Source of the DNA: a virus | UHGV virus genome: UHGV-0222911 | Strand: one strand, 5' to 3' | DNA length: 64,000 bases | Shown: positions 10,037 to 19,710 of the stretch, piece by piece | How the letters are laid out: each line of letters opens with the position of its first letter | Position numbering within the stretch: position 1 is the stretch's first letter | Program-made: the position numbers and the translations under genes | Notes under the pieces: model-generated | Told to the model about the DNA's origin: nothing | What the model saw: only the letters and a program-made list of their open reading frames with translations | Database searches by the model: none

Positions 10037-12271
10037 ATGATTAAGACAATTAAAAAATCAAACGGTACAGTAGTAAGCTTTGACCCAGAAAGACTGAATA
10101 AGTGGGCATCATGGGCAGATAAGCGTGGAATTATCTGGTCAGAAGTCACTATGGAAGCTATGAAGCGTGTCTATGAAGGTTGCACTACAAAAGAGATGCA
10201 CCAAGCTATGATTGATGTTTGTGTTGATAAACAAACTCAAGAGTACTCAGACATGGCTGGACGGCTACTTCTGGGTATTATCTACAAAGAAGCCTTTGGA
10301 GGCTTTACTAAGGTTCCTACGCTGGTTACCTTCGTTAAAAATATGGAGAGAGCAGGACTTTGGGAGAAGATGGATTATTCACAGGAAGAACTTGAATACC
10401 TGCAAGGCTACATCGTGCACTCAAAAGATATCTCTTACGGCTATGCAGTGTTGAAACAGTTCAGAGATAAATATGGTATCCGTGATATTAAAACGGGAAG
10501 ACTTTTTGAGTCACCACAATTTATGTTTATGGGTATGGCTATGAAAGCCTTTGAGAAGCAACCAAAGCACCGTAGACTGCAAGATGTTATTAAGCTGTAC
10601 ACTTACCTATCTGACCTGAAGATTAATGCTCCTACACCTTATCTGAATGGTTTACGTGCTACTAAGTCAGGTTATGCGTCATGCTGTTTGATTAAGGCAA
10701 ATGATACTGCTGAGTCACTTGGTATTGCTGCAAAGGTTGCTTATGATATGACTACGAAGCAAGCTGGTATTGGTATGCTGATGGAGACCCGTACTATTGG
10801 TGATGGTATCCGTCAAAACACTATCGAACACATGGGTAAACTACCTTATTACAAGCTTGTACGTTCATCTGTAGAGGCAAATAAACAGAAGAGTCGTGGT
10901 GGTTCAGCTAACAACTTCTACACCGCTCTAGACCCGCAGATTGAAGATTTACTACGTTTGAAGCACCCTACAACGGTTCCTTCTAAACGTATTAACGAGA
11001 TGGACTACTCATTTGGTACAAATGATTATTTCTGGCAGTGTGTTCAGTATGATACAGATTGGTTGCTATTCTCTTACAAAGATGCACCAAAACTTTATGA
11101 TATGTTCTACACCGCATCTGCTGATGAGTTTGCTATGGCAGTTGGTCACGCAGTACATGCAGGTGTTAAGCACAGACGAGTAAAGGCTCGTGAAATTGCT
11201 AAACTGTTTATCCAGCAGCGTTATGCAACAGGTCGTGTGTACCCATTCTTCACAAACAATGCAAACACACATACACCATTTAAAGAACCTTTGAAGATGT
11301 CAAATCTTTGTATGGAAATTGTATTGCCAGTATATGGCTTTGAGAAGGAGACAGACCTTTACAGAGACGATGCTGTGAAAGAGGATGGTGAGGTAGCTCT
11401 TTGCTTCCTAGCTAGTTTGGTTGCAGGGAGAATTTCAGAAGATGAATACGCTGACGTTGCTTATTATGCTCTTGCAATGGTTGATTCCGTTATTGACCTT
11501 ATGGATTATCCGTATCCGTCGATGCGTAACCATGTTCAGAAGCGTCGTTCTGTTGGGATTGGCCTTACAAATGTGGCTCATTACCTTGCGAAAAACTACG
11601 TGAACTATTCTTCAAGAGCAGGTAAGACGAAGCTTCATGAGCTTGCTGAAATGCACTCTTACTACTTACACGAAGCTTCTTTAAGACTTGCTAAAGAACG
11701 TGGTGTACCTGAGTATATGCAGTTCACTAAGTATCCTGAAGGATGGGTTCCTCCAAAGACAGCTAACAAGAAGATTGATGAGAAGCATGATGCAAAACTA
11801 AGATATGATTGGGATGACTTAGCACAACGTATCAAAGAAAATGGTGGCATCCGTAACTCTGTATTAGAAGCTTACATGCCTAACGAGAGTTCTTCGCTGG
11901 CGACTAATACAACTAACGGCTTGTACCCAATTCGTGACTTTATTTTAACTAAAAAGTCTGCAACTGGTAACGTACTGTTTATTGTTCCAGATTATGAAGA
12001 GTTGAAGTATGTCTATGAAATTGCTTGGAATATTGACACCTTTGACCTGATTGATTGTTATGCAATTGTTCAAAAGTTCACTGGTCAAGCTATCTCTTCA
12101 GATTTCTATGTTGACTACGCAAAAGCTAAGAAGGTATCATTGGCTCAAGCTTTGAAGTACATGATTTATGCCAACTCGGTAGGTATGAAAACCATGTACT
12201 ACCTTAACAGTCGCATTGGTGTAGGTAAATCTGCACTGCAAGATGCTTATTGCGAGGGTTGTGGTGTTTAG
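10037..12271 (+). CDS. nrdA: ribonucleoside-diphosphate reductase large subunit (class Ia)
   Basis: 744 aa; N-terminal ATP-cone-like region, catalytic-site NLCMEIVLP, overall RNR alpha length and composition. Confidence 0.9.
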   Translation: MIKTIKKSNGTVVSFDPERLNKWASWADKRGIIWSEVTMEAMKRVYEGCTTKEMHQAMIDVCVDKQTQEYSDMAGRLLLGIIYKEAFGGFTKVPTLVTFVKNMERAGLWEKMDYSQEELEYLQGYIVHSKDISYGYAVLKQFRDKYGIRDIKTGRLFESPQFMFMGMAMKAFEKQPKHRRLQDVIKLYTYLSDLKINAPTPYLNGLRATKSGYASCCLIKANDTAESLGIAAKVAYDMTTKQAGIGMLMETRTIGDGIRQNTIEHMGKLPYYKLVRSSVEANKQKSRGGSANNFYTALDPQIEDLLRLKHPTTVPSKRINEMDYSFGTNDYFWQCVQYDTDWLLFSYKDAPKLYDMFYTASADEFAMAVGHAVHAGVKHRRVKAREIAKLFIQQRYATGRVYPFFTNNANTHTPFKEPLKMSNLCMEIVLPVYGFEKETDLYRDDAVKEDGEVALCFLASLVAGRISEDEYADVAYYALAMVDSVIDLMDYPYPSMRNHVQKRRSVGIGLTNVAHYLAKNYVNYSSRAGKTKLHELAEMHSYYLHEASLRLAKERGVPEYMQFTKYPEGWVPPKTANKKIDEKHDAKLRYDWDDLAQRIKENGGIRNSVLEAYMPNESSSLATNTTNGLYPIRDFILTKKSATGNVLFIVPDYEELKYVYEIAWNIDTFDLIDCYAIVQKFTGQAISSDFYVDYAKAKKVSLAQALKYMIYANSVGMKTMYYLNSRIGVGKSALQDAYCEGCGV

Positions 12272-12326
12272 TTTTAACAACTATGAGGGTCGTAAAAGAC
12301 CCTCTAAAAATAACTTTGGAGAGACC

Positions 12327-12584
12327 ATGAAAGATTTAATAGAAAAACATGAGCGACCAATATACCTGCTCTACAAACCCCGCAAAACATTGTACTATGT
12401 GAGTAGCACAGGTATCATGATAAAGCAGAATGATGACTTATGGGTCACTGGAGCCTCTTACATCTCTACAGCAGATGGTAAAATCTACGCAAGACCTTAT
12501 GAGATGTTTAACAAAGAAAATTGGGAAGTTTTAGACAGAAAACAAGCCTTAGAAATGATAAAGAAAGGAGAAATCACACTATGA
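12327..12584 (+). CDS. hypothetical protein
   Basis: Track ORF 12243..12584 trimmed to ATG after the nrdA terminator hairpin (12283-12310) with GGAGAG RBS; overlaps nrdB start. Confidence 0.3.
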   Translation: MKDLIEKHERPIYLLYKPRKTLYYVSSTGIMIKQNDDLWVTGASYISTADGKIYARPYEMFNKENWEVLDRKQALEMIKKGEITL

Positions 12585-13654
12585 TTAACCAGCACCCAAT
12601 CTTTTTAGGTGGTGAGAGAAAAACTTTTGACTCACTTAATAAGCACTACCCAAAAATCTTTGAACTTTATAAACAACAAAAAGCACAAGACTGGTCAGAA
12701 GATGAGTTCCCTTTTGAACAATCACGTCTTGATTTTGAGAGTGTCCCAGCATCAATGTCAGGTGTAATGCTTGAGATTCTTAAGTGGCAATGGGAAGCAG
12801 ATACTCAAGTTGCTAAGAGCTTGGCATTTGCCTTTGCACCCTTTATCTCTGATGACATCTATGCAACTGCAATTATGAAGCAGTCTGAGATTGAAAACCT
12901 ACACGCTCTTACTTACTCAGAGATTGTAAGGCAATGTATTAAAAACCCTGAAACAATCTTAGATGAGATTAACCAGAATGTTGCTGTACAAGACCGATTA
13001 AAAACTGTGAATCGTGTTCTTGAAGAATTGCTGGATGAAGGTATAAACTATCGACTGAGTTATGTCCGTGACTCACTTCTGGACAAAGACCCTTTACACT
13101 TCCATAAAGTGATTCTGAAAGGTCTATTTGCAGTGACTGCACTGGAAGGTATATCTTTTATGGCATCCTTTGCATGTACTTTTGCACTTGATGCTCAAGA
13201 TAAATTTCAGGGTATTGCTCAAGCTGTCCAGAAAATTATGCTTGATGAAATCCTTCACACTAAAATTGATATTGAAGTTTTAAAAGAAACTTTAAGAGAT
13301 GATGAGTGGCAAAAAGCTTTCCAACAAATTCTTCCAGAGATTAAAGTAATCTTAGATGAAGTAGTTGAAAGTGAAGAAAAATGGTCGTATTATATCTTCT
13401 CCGAAGGACGTGCTGTAGTTGGTTTAAATACAAAGCTTCTTCATGAGTGGGTTTACTATAATGCTGCCCCACTGTATGATATGTTTGGCATTCCCAGAGA
13501 TTTTGTAGCTCCTAAAGAACCACCTTTGAAGTATATGATTAAGAAGATGGAAATTGATAAAGAGCAGAATGCTAATCAGGAGCAACAGAACGGTGCGTAT
13601 TTATTGAATACTGTTGTAGATGATTTGAATAGTGGATTTTTAGAGGTTCCTTAA
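12581..13654 (+). CDS. nrdB: ribonucleoside-diphosphate reductase small subunit (class Ia)
   Basis: Start moved to ATG with AAGGAG RBS (MINQHPIFLGG); di-iron/tyrosyl-radical type helices incl. EGISFMASFA and DEILH; follows nrdA. Confidence 0.85.
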   Translation: MINQHPIFLGGERKTFDSLNKHYPKIFELYKQQKAQDWSEDEFPFEQSRLDFESVPASMSGVMLEILKWQWEADTQVAKSLAFAFAPFISDDIYATAIMKQSEIENLHALTYSEIVRQCIKNPETILDEINQNVAVQDRLKTVNRVLEELLDEGINYRLSYVRDSLLDKDPLHFHKVILKGLFAVTALEGISFMASFACTFALDAQDKFQGIAQAVQKIMLDEILHTKIDIEVLKETLRDDEWQKAFQQILPEIKVILDEVVESEEKWSYYIFSEGRAVVGLNTKLLHEWVYYNAAPLYDMFGIPRDFVAPKEPPLKYMIKKMEIDKEQNANQEQQNGAYLLNTVVDDLNSGFLEVP

Positions 13655-13896
13655 TGACTTATATAATTTACTCCAAAACCGGATGCCCTCAGTGTGAGAC
13701 TGCAAAGAATTTTGCGAAAGCTCGTGGTATTGGCCATGTTGTGAGAATGTTAGGGCAGGATTATGAACTGTCAGACCTGATGGATATTGCACAGATGCCA
13801 GTTCGTCAGATGCCATTCATCATGAAAACTGACGGTCAAAACTTAAAACCTGTTGGAACGCTACAGAATTTTATGGCAGAGGTGAATAATGCTTAA
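13654..13896 (+). CDS. glutaredoxin/NrdH-like redoxin
   Basis: 80 aa with CPQC active-site motif near N-terminus, immediately after nrdB. Confidence 0.6.
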   Translation: MTYIIYSKTGCPQCETAKNFAKARGIGHVVRMLGQDYELSDLMDIAQMPVRQMPFIMKTDGQNLKPVGTLQNFMAEVNNA

Positions 13897-14095
13897 ACGC
13901 CTTTGGGAAGGTTTGGTTGTTGATGCACCAGCCATTGTGATTGGTATGCTTGTTGTTAACCTATTTACTGATTTTGAACAAGGTTCATTGTTTGGAGCCA
14001 TGCTATTATGGGTTATCTTTGAAATATTAGAGATACAGCTAGGCATCACTGAAAAACTAAGAAAACTCGTTTCAAAGTTTTCTAAAAAGATTTAA
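13889..14095 (+). CDS. hypothetical small membrane protein
   Basis: 68 aa, hydrophobic stretch AIVIGMLVVNLF and LLWVIFEILEI. Confidence 0.25.
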   Translation: MLKRLWEGLVVDAPAIVIGMLVVNLFTDFEQGSLFGAMLLWVIFEILEIQLGITEKLRKLVSKFSKKI

Positions 14096-14101
14096 AATGA
14101 A

Positions 14102-14125
14102 AGGGTCTCTTCGGAGACCTTTTTA
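14102..14125 (+). terminator. rho-independent terminator-like hairpin
   Basis: AGGGTCTC-TTCG-GAGACCT followed by TTTTT. Confidence 0.45.
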
Positions 14126-14143
14126 GCATGTAAAGGGGCAATA

Positions 14144-16288
14144 ATGAACAAAGTACAGATTATTAAAAAGAATGGCTCACTTGAAGAACCTGATATCAAA
14201 AAAGTTTTAGCAGCAGTAACTAAGTCAGCTAACAGGGTTGGGTATAGAGAACTTCCACCAGATGTTACCCAAGCTCTTGAGTCAGCATTTATGAGGATTC
14301 TGGTAAAGTCCACTAAGCAGAATAATTTACTAATTTCGGTAAATGATATTCACAGTATTGTTGAGGGTGCTTTGGCAGAAGTCAATCACGAGATTTATGA
14401 GTCTTACTCAACATATAGAAATTACCGTAAAGAGGTTGCTCAAAATTGGGATGAACTCTACCAGAAGACTAAAGATACACTCTTCTTAGGTGACCGTGAA
14501 AATGCTAACTTTGACAGCAGTTTAATTTCTACGAAAGGTTCAATTATCCGTGGTTACCTGACTAAAGAAATCTTTAAACAGTATCATCTAACACCAGAGG
14601 AACTTGAAGCCATTGAGAAAGGCTTTATCTATATCCATGATTTAAGAGACCTGATTTTTGGTGGTATTAACTGTTGCCTGTTTGACATTGGTAAAGTACT
14701 AAAAGGTGGCTTTGAAATGTCCGGCATTGAGTACTGTGAACCTAAATCTGTACTGTCAGCGTTGCAGGTTATTGGTGACGTAGTACTTTCAGCAACTGCA
14801 CAGCAATTTGGTGGTTTTACTTTAGCAGAGATTGATAAGGTACTTGTACCGTATGCTAAGAAGTCTCTACGCTATCATGCTGAGAAAGCATCATCTTATG
14901 GTATTCCTAAAGAGCATTACCACAATTATGTAATGGAGCAGTTACAAATTGAACTGACTCAAGGTTTTCAGTCACTTGAGATGAAACTAAATACCGTACC
15001 TTGTAGCCGTGGTGATTTTGCATTCACAACTTTAACATTTGGTTTACTTGACTCAGATATGTCTAATGAGGATAATCGACTACAATACATGATTGCAAGT
15101 ACTCTCCTAGATGTTCGTATGAATGGACAAGGCAAGAGTAAAAAACCTGTTGTATTCCCTAAACTGGTTTATATTTATGACCAGAAGAGACATGATGAGA
15201 ATATCTGTCAAGGTCACCTGTACAGTAAAGCTATTGAGTGTTGCTCTAAAGCAATGTACCCAGATTTCTTAAGTGTGTCTGGTCATGGTGCTGTAGCAGA
15301 GGCTTTTGAGCGTTCTGGTAAGGTAATTTCACCGATGGGTTGCAGAGCCTTCTTATCTCCATATTTTAATGAGGATGGGGAAGAGTTTTACGTTGGTCGT
15401 GCTAACATTGGTGCTGTATCTTTGAACTTGCCAATGATTTACCAGTACTCTAAAGAGAATGGTTTAGATTTCTGGAAAGAGCTTGATAAGTACCTAGAGA
15501 TGATTCGCAACTTCCACAAGAAACGCTACGAAATGATTGCTAATATGCCAGCAAGTTCTAACCCTCTTGCGTTCACACAAGGTGGTCTGTACAAAGGTAC
15601 TAAGAAACCTACTGATAAGGTTGGTTGGGATATCGTGAAGTCCTTCACAGCTTCTTTTGGGGTTACTGCACTTGATGAGTTATCTGTTCTTGCTGAAGGT
15701 AAACGACTTCATGAAGTTGGAAGCTATAGTTTTGCATATGATGTTCTGGCATACATCAACATGAAAACCGAAGAGTTTAAAAATGAAGATGGCTTCTTAT
15801 ATGCCGTCTATGGTACTCCAGCAGAATCACTTTGTGGAACTCAACTAAAACAGTTCAGAGATATGTTTGGCGTTATCAAAGGCGTTTCTGACAAGGAATA
15901 CTTTACAAACAGTTTCCATATGAATGTTGCAGCAGACATCTCACCATTTGAGAAGCAGGACTTAGAAGAGCCATTCTTCCATATCTGTAGAGGCGGTAGA
16001 ATCCAGTATGTAAGAGTAGCTAACCCAGAAAACTTATCAGCACTTAAAAGTTGTATTACAAGAGGGATGTTGAAAGGTTTCTATCAGGGACTTAACTTTG
16101 ACTTAGCAATCTGTGAACATTGTGGTAACAGACCAAAGGCTGATGTTGAAGAATGTGAGGTTTGCCATTCACACGATATCTCTGTGATTAACAGGGTGTG
16201 CGGGTACTTGTCATTCACAAAAATTAAAGGTCAGTCTCGAATGAATGACGCTAAGATGGCAGAAATTAAGGATAGGGTTTCTATGTAG
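14144..16288 (+). CDS. nrdD: anaerobic ribonucleoside-triphosphate reductase
   Basis: 714 aa; C-terminal Zn-ribbon CEHCG...CEVC and glycyl-radical motif RVCGYLS. Confidence 0.9.
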   Translation: MNKVQIIKKNGSLEEPDIKKVLAAVTKSANRVGYRELPPDVTQALESAFMRILVKSTKQNNLLISVNDIHSIVEGALAEVNHEIYESYSTYRNYRKEVAQNWDELYQKTKDTLFLGDRENANFDSSLISTKGSIIRGYLTKEIFKQYHLTPEELEAIEKGFIYIHDLRDLIFGGINCCLFDIGKVLKGGFEMSGIEYCEPKSVLSALQVIGDVVLSATAQQFGGFTLAEIDKVLVPYAKKSLRYHAEKASSYGIPKEHYHNYVMEQLQIELTQGFQSLEMKLNTVPCSRGDFAFTTLTFGLLDSDMSNEDNRLQYMIASTLLDVRMNGQGKSKKPVVFPKLVYIYDQKRHDENICQGHLYSKAIECCSKAMYPDFLSVSGHGAVAEAFERSGKVISPMGCRAFLSPYFNEDGEEFYVGRANIGAVSLNLPMIYQYSKENGLDFWKELDKYLEMIRNFHKKRYEMIANMPASSNPLAFTQGGLYKGTKKPTDKVGWDIVKSFTASFGVTALDELSVLAEGKRLHEVGSYSFAYDVLAYINMKTEEFKNEDGFLYAVYGTPAESLCGTQLKQFRDMFGVIKGVSDKEYFTNSFHMNVAADISPFEKQDLEEPFFHICRGGRIQYVRVANPENLSALKSCITRGMLKGFYQGLNFDLAICEHCGNRPKADVEECEVCHSHDISVINRVCGYLSFTKIKGQSRMNDAKMAEIKDRVSM

Positions 16289-16295
16289 CATACAA

Positions 16296-16853
16296 ATGAA
16301 TTACGAACTAATATATAATGCAATTATTAAGAAGGCACATTCTGAAAGGGGTGTGCCTCTTACATACTACAAATGTCAAGGTAAGGGTTATGAAAGACAC
16401 CATATCATACCAGTATGTCTAGGTGGAGATAAAATTAGTGGAGATAATATTGCTTTGCTTACACCTAGAGAGCATTATATAGCTCATAAATTACTGGTTA
16501 AGATGTATCCAAACAATCATAAGTTATGGTTTGCATGGAACAGGTTAGCTCATGATGGCCTAGATAGGAAAATATCATCCAGAGACTATGAAAAGGTAAG
16601 AGCTTTGAACTCGAAAGCTTTATCTATTGTGAATAAAGGTAGGGTTTTCACTGAAGAACATCGAAGACGATTAGGAGAATCTCAAATAGGCAATACAAAA
16701 TCAAAAGGTTGTAAAAGGTCTATAGAAACAAGGAAGAAGATGTCAGAAGCCGGAAAAAAGCCAAAGAAAAAGAAAACTTGCCCTCATTGTGGTATGACTG
16801 GTGGTGCTGGTAACATGACTCGATATCATTTTGACAATTGTAAGAAAAAATAA
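16296..16853 (+). CDS. HNH homing endonuclease
   Basis: HHIIPVCLGGDKISGDNIALLTPREHYIAHK HNH motif; inserted between nrdD and nrdG; track ORF 16245.. trimmed to first ATG after nrdD stop. Confidence 0.6.
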   Translation: MNYELIYNAIIKKAHSERGVPLTYYKCQGKGYERHHIIPVCLGGDKISGDNIALLTPREHYIAHKLLVKMYPNNHKLWFAWNRLAHDGLDRKISSRDYEKVRALNSKALSIVNKGRVFTEEHRRRLGESQIGNTKSKGCKRSIETRKKMSEAGKKPKKKKTCPHCGMTGGAGNMTRYHFDNCKKK

Positions 16854-17017
16854 CCTTATGTAAAACTTGACATGGTGGTGTGAGTCTTGATAGGCTTACA
16901 TCACCTTTTTATTTGGATGTTAGATATGGCAGAGAGTATTATTGGGTTGTTCATAGGTTCTGTCTTACTAGGGTTCTTTTTAGGACTTTCTTATTGTGAA
17001 TTGAAAGGTAAGTTAAA

Positions 17018-17218
17018 ATGTTTAAGATATCAAAAGCGTTGATATACATACTCCATATTCTAGTCTTCTTCTTTGGGGTTAGTGTTATGGTATGGGGTTT
17101 TTCAGACCCACAATGGAGTTTCTCATATCATGGTCAGATGGATTTATGGTCATGCTTCAAACCATTTTTAGGGTTAGTCATAGCATTCAGTGCATTACCA
17201 ACTAAGGTGAAATTATGA
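17018..17218 (+). CDS. hypothetical small membrane protein
   Basis: 66 aa with two hydrophobic segments. Confidence 0.25.
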   Translation: MFKISKALIYILHILVFFFGVSVMVWGFSDPQWSFSYHGQMDLWSCFKPFLGLVIAFSALPTKVKL

Positions 17219-17610
17219 TTAAGTTGAGCCAAAAACAGTTAGAGTGGATTAAAGATTATGCCTCAGAGTGTGGCTCTTGTGAAAAGAATCATGTAAGATA
17301 CTCAACATTCCACACGGTCTTCACATTGTATATCGGCGACAATGTTCTAAGTGATTCTGTAGAAGATGGTGTAGCATTGCCTAATGAATTGCTTGACAAA
17401 TTAGCTGTAGTCACTGGAACTTGGTCTGAAGAAGATGGTCACGAACTATCTGATGATGTTGTCTTCTACAGTCTTGAAAACATCATGAATCCAGAGTACA
17501 TTATGCTAATGACTTGCGCACAAGATTGTGTACCATTACAAAACTTCATTAAAGAGCACTGTGAAGAATTTATTACTAAACAGGTTCCTTGTCAGGTGGT
17601 GTTTGAATGA
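17215..17610 (+). CDS. hypothetical protein
   Basis: 131 aa, start overlaps previous stop (ATGA). Confidence 0.35.
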   Translation: MIKLSQKQLEWIKDYASECGSCEKNHVRYSTFHTVFTLYIGDNVLSDSVEDGVALPNELLDKLAVVTGTWSEEDGHELSDDVVFYSLENIMNPEYIMLMTCAQDCVPLQNFIKEHCEEFITKQVPCQVVFE

Positions 17611-17669
17611 GTAAAACAATTCGAAGAAAAGGTTTAAAGAACATTTATATTTATTGGTGAGGTAACTAG

Positions 17670-18155
17670 ATGAATTACATGGAGATTAGACCATTTGACA
17701 CGGCTAATGGTGAAGGGGTTCGTGTAAGCCTCTTCGTAGCTGGTTGTAAGCATCACTGTGAAGGCTGCTTTAACAGGGAGTCTTGGAAGTTTAATGCTGG
17801 TAAGGTATTTACTTATGCAAACCTCTACGGAATCATCCAGCTAATGGGTGATAATGCTGTCAGTGGTTTGTCAATACTTGGTGGAGAACCTCTGGATGAT
17901 AGAAATATTCAAGAGGTTACAGACATATGCAAACGTGTTAAAACTGTTTACCCAGAGAAGACTATATGGCTCTGGACAGGTTTTCAGTTACACGAAAAAA
18001 TTCACCTAGATGTAATGAAATATGTTGACGTGGTGATTGATGGTAAGTATGATTCATCTAAACCAACAGTTAAACCATATCGTGGTTCTGATAACCAAAA
18101 CCTCTGGAGAAAAGAGTATGGGTGGCAAGGCGATTGTCAATGGAGAGCCGAGTAA
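17670..18155 (+). CDS. nrdG: anaerobic RNR activating protein (radical SAM)
   Basis: CKHHCEGC (CxxxCxxC) radical-SAM cluster motif, 161 aa, downstream of nrdD. Confidence 0.8.
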   Translation: MNYMEIRPFDTANGEGVRVSLFVAGCKHHCEGCFNRESWKFNAGKVFTYANLYGIIQLMGDNAVSGLSILGGEPLDDRNIQEVTDICKRVKTVYPEKTIWLWTGFQLHEKIHLDVMKYVDVVIDGKYDSSKPTVKPYRGSDNQNLWRKEYGWQGDCQWRAE

Positions 18156-18279
18156 GTCTCGTCGTAAAGCAGGTTATCGGTAAAGGGCACTTTACAATGT
18201 TCTACAGAACAAACTTAACCGTTTGTGTCACTGAAAAAGAACTTAAAACATTTTGTGAAAAGATTGAGAGAGATATGAA

Positions 18280-18537
18280 ATGGGACTCTGGAATAGTTTT
18301 AAATCAAAAGTAAAAGCAGCACTAGCTTCATTAGGTATGCTCACTGGTGTTGATGTGACTCACCTTATGCAGAACTTCAAGATGGATGAGAAGCTGGCTA
18401 ATGAGATTATGAAAAGTATCTATGTAGGCCGTGGTAAAGGTGGTAAGAAACAAGCCCACCGTCCGTCTGGTGCAGCAGCTATTAAACGAGCAGCTAAGAA
18501 AGCTCGTAACCGTAAACGTAATAAGAAGGCTAAATAA
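18280..18537 (+). CDS. hypothetical protein with highly basic C-terminus
   Basis: 85 aa; C-terminal KRAAKKARNRKRNKKAK. Confidence 0.3.
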   Translation: MGLWNSFKSKVKAALASLGMLTGVDVTHLMQNFKMDEKLANEIMKSIYVGRGKGGKKQAHRPSGAAAIKRAAKKARNRKRNKKAK

Positions 18538-18539
18538 TC

Positions 18540-18860
18540 ATGAGCAAAGTTTATAACACTCGCAAATTACAGATTTTCGTACTGTGCCAGTTTATGGCTA
18601 AAGAATATAACTTCTACTATTGCGGCACAGGTTTTATTAGCGACGATGATGGTTCATACCTACCATTTAAAGAAGCTGTGAAGCTCTTTAATGAAGAGAA
18701 AAGCTCTAAGAAAGATATTGAAAAGGTTAAGCTAACCTATAGCAAGAAAGATAAGAAGATTATCTGCCTAGATAATTTTGTAAAAGTTACTGGAGAAGCA
18801 AAAGAGTTTATGGATGAGAGTGAGATTTCATTCACAAGCATCTTGAAAGTAGCTCAGTAA
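18540..18860 (+). CDS. hypothetical protein
   Basis: 106 aa ORF; followed by hairpin terminator 18873-18900. Confidence 0.3.
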   Translation: MSKVYNTRKLQIFVLCQFMAKEYNFYYCGTGFISDDDGSYLPFKEAVKLFNEEKSSKKDIEKVKLTYSKKDKKIICLDNFVKVTGEAKEFMDESEISFTSILKVAQ

Positions 18861-18872
18861 ACAGATACTATA

Positions 18873-18900
18873 AGGGAACTGTAAAGGTTCCCTTTTTATT
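18873..18900 (+). terminator. rho-independent terminator-like hairpin
   Basis: AGGGAAC-TGTAAA-GGTTCCC followed by TTTTTATTTT. Confidence 0.45.
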
Positions 18901-18911
18901 TTGGAGATAAC

Positions 18912-19427
18912 ATGTATCTGACAAATCTGAAACGTTCGGCTGCAATGTCAGTGCTAAGACTCAGCTTTGAGGAACGTCAAGAGTTCATTGACTCCCACCA
19001 ATACGACCATTCTAACTCCAATCACATGATTCTCTGGAATCGTGGCAGTACTCGTGAAAGAGCACTATTCCGCTATTACCCACACTACACCATAGACAAC
19101 CTGTATGAATGTTTTGTTGTGAAGAACACTATCACAGTACTCAACAAACTTTGCAGATACACAGGTAACCAGTCCTTCACATTAGGTCACCACAAACCTG
19201 TTACAAAAGGTGGTGAACATCACTGTGCAAACTGGTTTATCCAGACTAAACTTGATAACCAGAAGCAAGGTGATAGCCTTTTAAGCACCCCTAAGATGAC
19301 CTATGAAGAGCAAGAGAAATATATCAAAAATAATATGCCAGATGTGCTTGACAACAACTATACAGATTTGGCAATATCTCTCCTGTTGAAGTTCGAGACA
19401 GTTTATAGGGCAACTTATAATGGCTAA
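18912..19427 (+). CDS. HNH endonuclease-like protein
   Basis: GHHKPVTKGGEHHCANWFIQTKLDNQKQGD resembles HNH motif; 171 aa. Confidence 0.4.
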   Translation: MYLTNLKRSAAMSVLRLSFEERQEFIDSHQYDHSNSNHMILWNRGSTRERALFRYYPHYTIDNLYECFVVKNTITVLNKLCRYTGNQSFTLGHHKPVTKGGEHHCANWFIQTKLDNQKQGDSLLSTPKMTYEEQEKYIKNNMPDVLDNNYTDLAISLLLKFETVYRATYNG

Positions 19428-19698
19428 AGAAAAGTGGGAGATTTTACCATTAGTTAGCGAAGGTGGTAATGGTTGTGAGATGTACATGATACGAGGCCAT
19501 GTTCCAGAACCAATTGCACTTGAGATGATAAACAATTTTACAGATGGTTCTTACAAAGACTTAGGCGAACCAACTGTCAAGCAACAATGGGTTAAACCTG
19601 TACCAGACAGCACAGGCAACTGTAGTGTACTTTATCACGTTGTGGACCCTGCAAAATGCAAATCTGCAATGGCAGTAACAAACGTAACTTTTGATTGA
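19420..19698 (+). CDS. hypothetical protein
   Basis: 92 aa ORF. Confidence 0.3.
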   Translation: MAKEKWEILPLVSEGGNGCEMYMIRGHVPEPIALEMINNFTDGSYKDLGEPTVKQQWVKPVPDSTGNCSVLYHVVDPAKCKSAMAVTNVTFD

Positions 19699-19710
19699 GA
19701 GAGAAAAACT

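Noticed and set aside
12521-12580. Upstream extension of nrdB in the track (MGSFRQKTSLRNDKERRNHT)
   Set aside because: The extension overlaps the preceding small ORF and lacks an RBS; the ATG at 12581 has an AAGGAG site and begins the conserved N-terminus.
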